Made by a program: the position numbers and the translations under genes
From: Candidatus Peribacteria bacterium
GTDB lineage: Bacteria; Patescibacteriota; Gracilibacteria; UBA1369; LOWO2-01-FULL-3
Assembly: GCA_943359415.1 (NCBI GenBank)
Contig: CALRHQ010000002.1
Location: forward strand, 1 to 37,098
Length of the DNA: 37,098 nt
Direction: 5' to 3'
In this document: positions 24,828 through 33,400 of the stretch, in pieces
Numbering within the stretch: the first letter of the stretch is position 1
How the letters are laid out: each line of letters begins with the position of its first letter
The notes under the pieces: generated by a model
Databases searched by the model: none
What the model was told of the DNA's origin: nothing
The model's input: only the letters and a program-made list of their open reading frames with translations

Positions 24828-27800
24828 TCATCCAGGAATCAATGATTGAGTTACGTTTAGAAGGTCGCTTAGTCCCGGTGGGGTGTTTAGCAAGATTCTT
24901 TCGTCATAACGGATTGTGACTGAACCTTCGTCTTTTGTAGGATCACCGGCACCTGTACGTGTGCTGAATAATTCTGCGACGTTTCCGATAAGACTTCCGT
25001 TGATTATAAGAAGTTTATCTGTTGTATTGTTTTCGTCGAAGTTTTTGCTGTTTGTGATTCTTCCGTCCTTATCTTTTCCATCTGTATCTATAGCCATTAT
25101 GATTGCGTCGATTTGTTCGACATCATTGTCTATGATGATGTTTCCATCAATTACGATGAATGCTGCTGATGGAATTTTGTTTGGATCTGTATAATCTGTT
25201 GTTCCATATTTTACGTTAGATGAAATACGAAGTGTTCCATTTTTGATGATATATGTTTGACCGGCTGGAACTTTTCCGTTTGCTTCGATTGTTAAGTCTC
25301 CGTTTTCTCCGATTGTAAGATCTCCTTGCTTAACAAATACTCCGCTTTGTGCATTTGATACAGTTTGTAGATCTTGCATTGCTGAGATTGAAGATACGTT
25401 TAGATTTTCACCGAATCTTGAGATTCTTTCTACATTGGCTTCGATTGATTTGTTGATATATGTTTCTTTCCATGTTTCTGCGACGTCTGCACGCATTTCA
25501 CAAATTGTACTTGAGAAATTTGTTAGGATGTCGTCGTATCCTTCTATGTTTTCGTCTGAGTTGCTATATCTACAAATGTCATGTGAAGGAACCTCAAGGA
25601 ATGCTGCTTCTTCTGAGATCTCTCCCGTACCCGTACCTGTGTTTGTCACTTTTTCTTTTTTAATCTTTTCAGGTTGGATTACTAGACCTGGAGTACTTTT
25701 TACTTCAGAACAACGTGATACGTCGATTCCTGTGTCAAGTACGTCATGGAAGAATACATCTCCGGCTTGTCTTGTAAGAACGTAAGGACAGATTACTATT
25801 ACTTTTGCTGTGGCTGAGCCTTTTTCATTTTCTTCTGTAGATAATGTTGCCTCAAATTTTGCTGTATTTTTAAACTCTTCTCCACAACCTTGTGTCTTTG
25901 AAAGTTTTTTACAGCTTTCCGCATTTATTTTTGTATTGTTCTTCATCTGAACTTTGATTTCGATGACGGTTGCTGGTCTTAGATTTTTGAATTCTATCTT
26001 TTCTCCATCTTTGAAGTTTTCGACTGTTGTGCTGAAATTTTCGTCATCAATACAAACTTTTTCATCGTTTTGAGTTCCGTCTTTACAGTTGTGTTTATCT
26101 TCCAAAGACTTTAGAGAATATTTGTAATCTGTGAATTTTGAATCTGCTGTTTCAAGTGCATATGATCCGTCTTTCAAGATTGTGTATTTTTCTGAGCCTT
26201 CTGTGACATTTACTATCATTCCAAGATAAGATAGATTTCCATCTTTGTCTCCAAGGATTTGTCCGCTATTTCTCATAGCGCTTTCCCAGATGTCCACTTC
26301 TTTTGCGGAATTTGCTTTGAATTGGATGCTGTATGTTACATTTTTATTTTTTGATGTTGATCCCACATTCAAAAGATCTTTGGTTGTGCTTGATGGATTT
26401 GTAGCAGTTACGTAAACTGATTTTGTCATCACAGGGCTTTCAAGTGTTTTTGCTTTTATTGTGTCTGAACATTGGTCGACTTTTTTGCCGTCTTTGTCCA
26501 AAGCATAAACTTCTACTGTTGTTCCACTTTCAGCGTTTTTAAGAGTATTTTTTTGTGAACCTTTCTTTGTATCTGTTTTGTTTCCAGAAGTGTTCCATGT
26601 TCCTTCACCTTTTGTAACTTTCCATTCGTAAGTAAGGTCACTTGCTTGGTTTTTTGGAGTTGTAGTGACATCGATTTCAAATAGTTCTTTTGATCCGTCA
26701 GCGATCCATGGAGAATTTGGAGTTTGGATATTCAAATCTTCACAGATTGTTGTTTTAGGTTGTTCCGGTGGCTCTTTCGGTGCAGTGTAAATCAATGGGA
26801 ATGTTTTGTCACAACTTGCCGGAGTTGAGAAATTTTCAGCTTTTACTCGTAGTGCATTTGCTACGGAAATTTTTGTGTTGCTGTATGTTACAAGAAAGGC
26901 TGAGCCTTCGTTTGGTACGTCTGTGAAAGGAAGTGTTTGGATTGATTTTTCGACAATTTCTTTTGTAAGACCACCTGCAGTTTTAAGGGCGTTTAATGTA
27001 AGATATTGTTGCCACCAATTTTTGTCGAGATTTATAATCGTTCCCACATTTGAATCTACTGAGAATCTATTTTTATCTGTTGTTCCTATCTTTGAATATT
27101 CGGTTGTTGCTCTTATTTGGTAGATCTGGTTTGGAACAAGTGTTGGGGCTTGATTTGTGGTATTGTCGACCACTTTTATTTCTTTACACATCAAAGGCTC
27201 TTCAGGTTTCAAGATTGATAAATCGGCTTTACATGCTGCCGGAGTAATAGAACTTGATGGATCTATTGTTACGGTAATTTGACCTGCTTTATCAGTTCCT
27301 GAGAATGCCAATGGAAGATTTTCGGCTGTAGTTGTGAATTCTCCCGGTTTTGTATTTTTGTTCCCTTTTGAATCTGTAACTGTTCCATTTGTATTCCATA
27401 CCCATTTGAATTTTGTATCTTCCGGAAGGGTGTCTCCTTGATTATCTTTTGTCGTTAATTTAAGTGAAAACTTCATGTCTTCTTCTATAACTAGTGGTGA
27501 TGAATTTTTTGGAATAGTCGTCGAATTGTAGTTGAATAAAATTGATGAACAATATTTTGTACATGGAACTACAAATGCAGAACATGCTTTTTCTGTATAT
27601 GGTTTTCCATTTATTGCGACGAGTGTTGCAGTCACTTTTCCTTCACCGATGTATTTAACAGTAAGGTGTGCTGATGCAATTTTTTGTTTTGATCCAACTT
27701 GATTCTTTGGTGCTTGTGGAGATGCATCGTAGAATAATCCGTTTGGATCTGTGGATTCCCATTTCACAGATGTGTCTGATGGTTTTGCTACAGATTTTCC

Positions 27801-30371
27801 TTGTGGCTTGTCGGAATAAAATCCTGCGTTTACCAAATATTCTCCTTTTTTGAGACATGAAACTTGTTTTTTTGTCACAAGATCGGTTGCAGTAACTCCT
27901 GCCGCTTCACAAACTATAGGTTTTTCTTTTGGAGCAGGAACTATTTCGAATGATTTGCTGCATACTCCTTCAGATGTACAGTTTATGTATAGTGAAATAA
28001 CTTTTTTACCGTCAGATCCTTTTTTTGGAACAAAATATACTTTTGTATTTGGATCAACTGTGATTGTTGAACCTACTTGTTGGGGGTCTCCGGCTTTTAC
28101 TTTTAGTATTTTTTTGTTTAATTCTGATGCTTTTATTTTGTTTGCTTGTGTTAATTTTCCTGCATCAAGAGCATTGAATACGTTGTTTTGGCCAGGATTT
28201 GTTGTTTGGCCGGTTGGATATAACGGATTTACTAAGTCTGACGTATTTGGATCTATAAAGAATTGTGATCCGCCACTTTGTTGCATAATTTGTTCCATTG
28301 ATTTTGCTGACATTTTTCCGTACATGCTGTCTATTAAAATATCAATTGCAAACGGAATAAGGTTTGGATCTTTTATGATCAGAGGTGTTAAATCTTTTGG
28401 TTTTTGTGTTGAATTTTCACAAAATTCTCCTCCAATCGGTTTCGCAAGATCAAGATTTCCTACGTTTGTGTCATCGTATTGTTTTGATTTTTGAGATGTG
28501 TTTGCTTTTGCGGCTTTTACAGCTGGATCATTTGGATCTGTGTAAAATGTTCCATATTCTGCAGGTACTGAATATGTGATTTTTCCGTTGTATGTTTTTC
28601 CTTTCGCGTCTCGACCTATTGCAGAGAATGTTGATAATTGGCCTTCTGTGATTACTAAATCTTTGTTTAAGATAATACTTTTACATTGTGGAGCTTCGCT
28701 TATGGTGAAGTCTTGCTGACACTTTGTGACGTCAATTTTTCCAGTTTTGTCGTATGCTTGAACGTGGATTTTTTCGCCTGCTTTAAGGCCGACGAAATGT
28801 GTCCACGTTTGTTGGTTGATTGTAGTTGTTTGTGTTCCTGTTTGTCCTGTTTTTTTTGTTTTCTTTTGCAGTCCTCCTTCTGGAGATCCAAATGGAGCGA
28901 TGTTATATGGTTGATTCATGTATGGATATTCCGCCGGAGGATTTGTGTAAAATTTTCCGTTTTCCGGTTTGTCCACCCAGTATTTTATTTGGCCTGAGAA
29001 TTGGCTTTTGTCTTCATTTATTGCTTTTGCTGCGAAGTCGGAAATAATTCCTTCTGTGGCTTGCAGTGGATAATTTACTTGTAGTTCCGCACATTTTTGA
29101 GGTTTTACGAGCGTGAATTTAGCGGTACATTTTTCACCTATAAGAGTTTTGTCTACGTTTTTGAGTTCTGCTTTGATTTCTCCATAGCCTGTGTAGTAGA
29201 TTTCTTCATCAGGCAGCGAAGTTGTTTGATTGTATTGTGGATTTCCAGAACCTGTTATGTCTAGATATTTGTATTTGCTTTGTGCCGCTGTGTATGCTTT
29301 TTTCCAAAATTTTCCTGTTTTGTCAGTTGAACTCCATAAAATTTCTGTCGTGTCCTGGGCTTTGTTTGTTGGTGCAAATGTTGGAGTTGCTGAAATCTTA
29401 GATGCTGTTTCAGGTGAAAGTAGGGGATCGGTGAAATCTGTTTTTGTGATTTTAAGTGCTGTACAAATTGATTTTTCCACAGGTTTTTTTACAACCTTTA
29501 CGTCAAAATATACAAATCCACTGTAACGGAAACATCCTGGAAGGCGGTCGAATGTGATCGACATTTCTGTTGGAGAATAATCTATTGCAGTAACTTTTGT
29601 TTTGGCTAAGTTAGTTTTTGTTGCCGGAGAGATTGGTGTCTCATTTGAGTCTGCTGTGAATGTCATTTCATCGCCGACTTTTACCGTTTTGTCAAAATTT
29701 GCATTTTTATTCCAAAGCCAAGCGCTATCCTTTACAGGTTCTAAGTATAGACCTTTTTCTCCAAGCATAATCGCCATGTCGTCTGTCGCTGTCTTTAATT
29801 CGCTGCCATCTTGATTTTTTATAACAGAATTTGCGTCTGTTATTGTTGTTCTATATTGGTTATTATCGGCGTAAATATATCCTTGTGGTCTTAGCCAATC
29901 TTGTGCGAATTGCGCGTTTGGATCCTGTTTGTCAAAAACTACTCCGATTTTTACGTTTGTTGCATCTTGGATACTTTTTACGCTTGTTTCTTTTACGTAT
30001 GGATCACCTCCATTGTTGTGAAAATATACAGCAAATCTTACTGTGTCTCCTTCTTTTATCCCTTGCTCTAAAGTATTGTAATATGGTTTTGATCCACAAT
30101 CTGTTGCTGATTGTCCACAATTTTTACCTACGATGAATTGTCTCTCGTCGTTTTTGAATGCCCCAGGGATATTTGGATTGTTCAAGAAATTATTGAAACT
30201 TGTGTAGCTTAATCCTTGCACTCCATCTTTGTATTCTACTGTGGCTCTGTTTTGAGGAGAGAATACCGAGATGTTTTGGTAGTCTACGGCGTAGGCATTG
30301 TTTGTTGGATAAGCTGACATCAGCATTGAGATGATAATGGTTGTCAGGCTAATTTTTTTGAATATTTTCAT
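24828..30371 (-). CDS. Giant secreted protein (1847 aa): signal peptide, N-terminal beta domain, about seven tandem Cys-bounded beta modules, and a C-terminal beta-helix-like module
   Basis: The signal peptide is MKIFKKISLTTIIISMLMSAYPTNNAYA|V. Module junctions recur as C-x(6-25)-C (e.g. EKCTAKFTLVKPQKCAELQV, TKCQQDFTISEAPQCKSIIL) and each module has a W/Y-x-S-T-D-x-x-G-x-F-Y-like motif. No anchor motif and no recognised family. Confidence 0.85.
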   Translation of the reverse strand: MKIFKKISLTTIIISMLMSAYPTNNAYAVDYQNISVFSPQNRATVEYKDGVQGLSYTSFNNFLNNPNIPGAFKNDERQFIVGKNCGQSATDCGSKPYYNTLEQGIKEGDTVRFAVYFHNNGGDPYVKETSVKSIQDATNVKIGVVFDKQDPNAQFAQDWLRPQGYIYADNNQYRTTITDANSVIKNQDGSELKTATDDMAIMLGEKGLYLEPVKDSAWLWNKNANFDKTVKVGDEMTFTADSNETPISPATKTNLAKTKVTAIDYSPTEMSITFDRLPGCFRYSGFVYFDVKVVKKPVEKSICTALKITKTDFTDPLLSPETASKISATPTFAPTNKAQDTTEILWSSTDKTGKFWKKAYTAAQSKYKYLDITGSGNPQYNQTTSLPDEEIYYTGYGEIKAELKNVDKTLIGEKCTAKFTLVKPQKCAELQVNYPLQATEGIISDFAAKAINEDKSQFSGQIKYWVDKPENGKFYTNPPAEYPYMNQPYNIAPFGSPEGGLQKKTKKTGQTGTQTTTINQQTWTHFVGLKAGEKIHVQAYDKTGKIDVTKCQQDFTISEAPQCKSIILNKDLVITEGQLSTFSAIGRDAKGKTYNGKITYSVPAEYGTFYTDPNDPAVKAAKANTSQKSKQYDDTNVGNLDLAKPIGGEFCENSTQKPKDLTPLIIKDPNLIPFAIDILIDSMYGKMSAKSMEQIMQQSGGSQFFIDPNTSDLVNPLYPTGQTTNPGQNNVFNALDAGKLTQANKIKASELNKKILKVKAGDPQQVGSTITVDPNTKVYFVPKKGSDGKKVISLYINCTSEGVCSKSFEIVPAPKEKPIVCEAAGVTATDLVTKKQVSCLKKGEYLVNAGFYSDKPQGKSVAKPSDTSVKWESTDPNGLFYDASPQAPKNQVGSKQKIASAHLTVKYIGEGKVTATLVAINGKPYTEKACSAFVVPCTKYCSSILFNYNSTTIPKNSSPLVIEEDMKFSLKLTTKDNQGDTLPEDTKFKWVWNTNGTVTDSKGNKNTKPGEFTTTAENLPLAFSGTDKAGQITVTIDPSSSITPAACKADLSILKPEEPLMCKEIKVVDNTTNQAPTLVPNQIYQIRATTEYSKIGTTDKNRFSVDSNVGTIINLDKNWWQQYLTLNALKTAGGLTKEIVEKSIQTLPFTDVPNEGSAFLVTYSNTKISVANALRVKAENFSTPASCDKTFPLIYTAPKEPPEQPKTTICEDLNIQTPNSPWIADGSKELFEIDVTTTPKNQASDLTYEWKVTKGEGTWNTSGNKTDTKKGSQKNTLKNAESGTTVEVYALDKDGKKVDQCSDTIKAKTLESPVMTKSVYVTATNPSSTTKDLLNVGSTSKNKNVTYSIQFKANSAKEVDIWESAMRNSGQILGDKDGNLSYLGMIVNVTEGSEKYTILKDGSYALETADSKFTDYKYSLKSLEDKHNCKDGTQNDEKVCIDDENFSTTVENFKDGEKIEFKNLRPATVIEIKVQMKNNTKINAESCKKLSKTQGCGEEFKNTAKFEATLSTEENEKGSATAKVIVICPYVLTRQAGDVFFHDVLDTGIDVSRCSEVKSTPGLVIQPEKIKKEKVTNTGTGTGEISEEAAFLEVPSHDICRYSNSDENIEGYDDILTNFSSTICEMRADVAETWKETYINKSIEANVERISRFGENLNVSSISAMQDLQTVSNAQSGVFVKQGDLTIGENGDLTIEANGKVPAGQTYIIKNGTLRISSNVKYGTTDYTDPNKIPSAAFIVIDGNIIIDNDVEQIDAIIMAIDTDGKDKDGRITNSKNFDENNTTDKLLIINGSLIGNVAELFSTRTGAGDPTKDEGSVTIRYDERILLNTPPGLSDLLNVTQSLIPG

Positions 30372-30400
30372 TTTGTTTTTTATTATTTTATTTATTATTT

Positions 30401-33400
30401 TTAATGCGATAGGCCTGTTCCTTTATTTTCTCCCGGAGCGGTATAAGTTGTTCCGCTTGGTGCTGGATTTCCTAGCGCTGCGCCTTGGGCTGCCTGTTTG
30501 TCTTCGACCACTGTTCCTGCTGCACCTTGTTTTGCTTGTTTGTCGTGAACTTCTTGTTTTGGCTCAGGTTTCTCCTCATCTTGGTTTAGTCCAGTAATTG
30601 CGGCAGTGACTACTGATTTGCTTTGTTTTGATTTAACTATTTCTGTCGATTCTGAAAATAGCGCGATTGGTTCTTCCGGTACTTCAGGTTCGAGCGGTTG
30701 TGGATATTCTGGAGAAACCGGTATTTCACCTGGTTTTTGAGTCTTGAATATTTGAACTTCACCATCTTCTTTTACAGAGAAGCTTCCGTTTGCACAACGT
30801 GCGTATGCGCCGGCTTTTATGCTCGATTTCATTGTCAATTTTAGAACGTATTGATCACTTCCACGGTTGAATGGTGCTTCATACGCTCTGCCTTCTAGTT
30901 CAGCATCTCTTACATCCTGAACAATTTTTTTGTACGCTTTTAATGCTTCTTGGTATTCAGGTTTTGCAAATAGTTCTGCGAATTTTTTCGGATCTGCTAT
31001 GTTTTCGTAAAGTTCTGAGATCTTGTCGAATTTCGTTTTTCCTAATTCAGGAATAAGCATCAGTGTTTCCAAACTTGCTAGTTTTATCGCTAGTGGTGAT
31101 CTTAGGAATTTTTCTGCTTTCTCTGCTGTGTCTATGTTTTGTTCCGGAGATGGGCTGGCCATTTCTAGAAGAAGTCGTGCGATTTGTTTGTCTTCTGGGT
31201 CTTTGCTGTTTATGTCATATTCTTTTATGGCGTCTTTTATGAAGCCATGGTTTAGTTCCATTTTTCCCCAGTTTTGAGTAAGGGTTTTGTAGGCGATTGT
31301 TTTTGTTAGTGTTCCTTCTCCTTTTTTACCTCCTTTCTTTCTTGTTGTTGAGAATAAAATTGCGTCTGTTTCAACGTCTTCTACGTCGCTGTCTTCTCCT
31401 GTCCATTTTAGATCGCTAAATTTGAAATCTTTTTCTCTGATTTTTTCGTATATTTTTTCTGTGACTTGTTTTGCTGCATCTTCTGCTGAAATAGTTATTT
31501 TTTTACCTGCAGGAAGACGTGCATTGATTTCTTTAATTGATTTCTCGAAAGATTCTTTAAGTATACGTTCTGCAAATGGAATTCTTCCATGTTTTTTGCC
31601 TTTTTTGTCTGTTCTTTCAAGTAAGTTGTGTATTTCTTTGTCTCCTTCTGTGCCTTTTTTGTATAGAGGAAGGAACCATTCATTTAGTACTATAATCATT
31701 GCATGGTCCAGTTCTGCTTCATGTCCAGGCTTTGCTATATCTTGTAATGCTGGATATTTCAGATTTCCTTTTGAATCTTTTTCTTTTGATGATTCTATTA
31801 TGAGTTGTTTTATTTTATCATCATCGTCTGTGATAAGGCCAAGTTTTTCCTGAAATTTTTTGTCTATAGTTAGTTTTGAAATATCTTGCCAATATGCAGC
31901 AGGACGCTTTTGGGCCTCATACTGTGCTTGATCGATCGCACCTATTGCTTTATGTCTTCTATCTGCAGATTTGTCCATTTCTACAGTTTCTTTTGCACGG
32001 GTTGCTCTTTCAGTTTTTCTTGTTTTGAATCCTTTGTTTCTTGTCTCTGTTTCTGCTTTTATTCTTGCTATTTCTGCTTTTCTCGCATCTAACGCTTCTT
32101 GTCGTTTTTTTGAAACTTCAGCTTTTTTTGTTGAAACTGTTTTTAGTTCTGTTTCTTCTTCACCTGTTAATTTTTCTTCTCCTTTTAGATTTTTTTGTTC
32201 TGATTTTCCGTATCCTTTTTCAAGTGAGAATCCTAAATCTCCCTCAAGTTTTTCAGCATATGAGCCTGAATGTTTTTCTATCCATTCTCTTGTGATGTCA
32301 CCTGCAACTGAACCTTTGTTTCTTAGAACAATTATGTCTTTTATATTGCTTGCACTTTTTTGTGAATTGAATGGCATGAAAAATCTTTCGCGTGTGATTA
32401 CGAGATTGTCCGTGTTTCCTAGAAGCATCAATTTTCCTCCTTCAACTTTTAGTCCAAGTTCTTCTACGTCCAAATTTGGATCGATATATACTTCGATGTC
32501 TTTGTTGTGAGTGTTTAATATTTTTAGTTCACGTCTGCCATCTTTTTCTTCACCAAGTTGTACTTCAACCGCTTGTCTTAGTTTATCGTTGAAGTCTTTT
32601 GCTTTTTCAGCTTCTGTTTTTGGTACTATTTCTTCTGCAGGTTCTTTCCCTTCTGCAGGTGCTATTTCTTCTGCTTCTGCAAGATTTTTCGCAAATTCGA
32701 ATGTCTTGCCTGTGATTATGGTTCGAAGTCTTCCATCAGGAGAATATGACTGTGTTCCTGTTTGGTCGGCTGGTGTGAATTCTGTTTTTGTTTCTGCTGC
32801 GCCTTCTGCTTGTACCTGAGATCCATTTACTACTATAGGTTTTGATTCAGCCATTCTCTTGTCTGCATCTTCTACTGCTTTTCTTAATTTTAATTGCATC
32901 ATCTTGTCGGACATAGAGTCTCTCATCTTTCCGATTTCGCTTCTGTTTGGAATGTAGACTTTTGCAGATCCGATCTTGAAGACAAATACCGGCATCAGCA
33001 TAGGTGGGTATGGTGTCACCATAAGTCCACCTCCGTGGAAGAATTCCCATGGAGAACTTGCTATCTTGTCGACGGCTTGGTCTGTTATTTTGTCTTTGTA
33101 GCTGTCTATCAAATAAACTACGTCTTCGTGTGTGGCATTGAATGTCGATTCAAGTGGTTGTACAAGAACCGAATATAGTTTTGTAACTTTTTGAAGAAGT
33201 TTGTATCTATCTTCAATAGGTTTTCCTTGTGAAGACTTGAATGCTTCCCATTCCGGAGAGGCAAGTCCTGTTTCTTTTTCGATATTTGCTTTGTTTTCTG
33301 CGATTCTTAATCCTACGTTTCTGCGTGTGATAATTACTCCGACTCCTAGCGTTAATCCATTTTTCCCATAATGTCCTCCGGCCAATAGTGTGAGTTTTGC

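Noticed and set aside
27850-28494. 214-aa plus-strand ORF, and many similar ORFs listed on the plus strand between 24916 and 36677 (e.g. 31971-32510, 35568-36071, 36190-36621)
   Set aside because: All lie antisense within the two giant minus-strand genes. They have Ser/Phe/Leu/Cys-rich low-complexity translations typical of shadow ORFs opposite K/E-rich coding sequence, and no independent signals.
24828-30371. Diversity-generating retroelement target, sortase/LPXTG substrate, or RTX/Rhs toxin as an explanation for the secreted giant
   Set aside because: There is no reverse transcriptase. I could find no template/variable repeat pair by eye in the window. There is no LPXTG-type motif, GGxGxD nonapeptide or YD repeat. 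These hypotheses are unsupported by the sequence.
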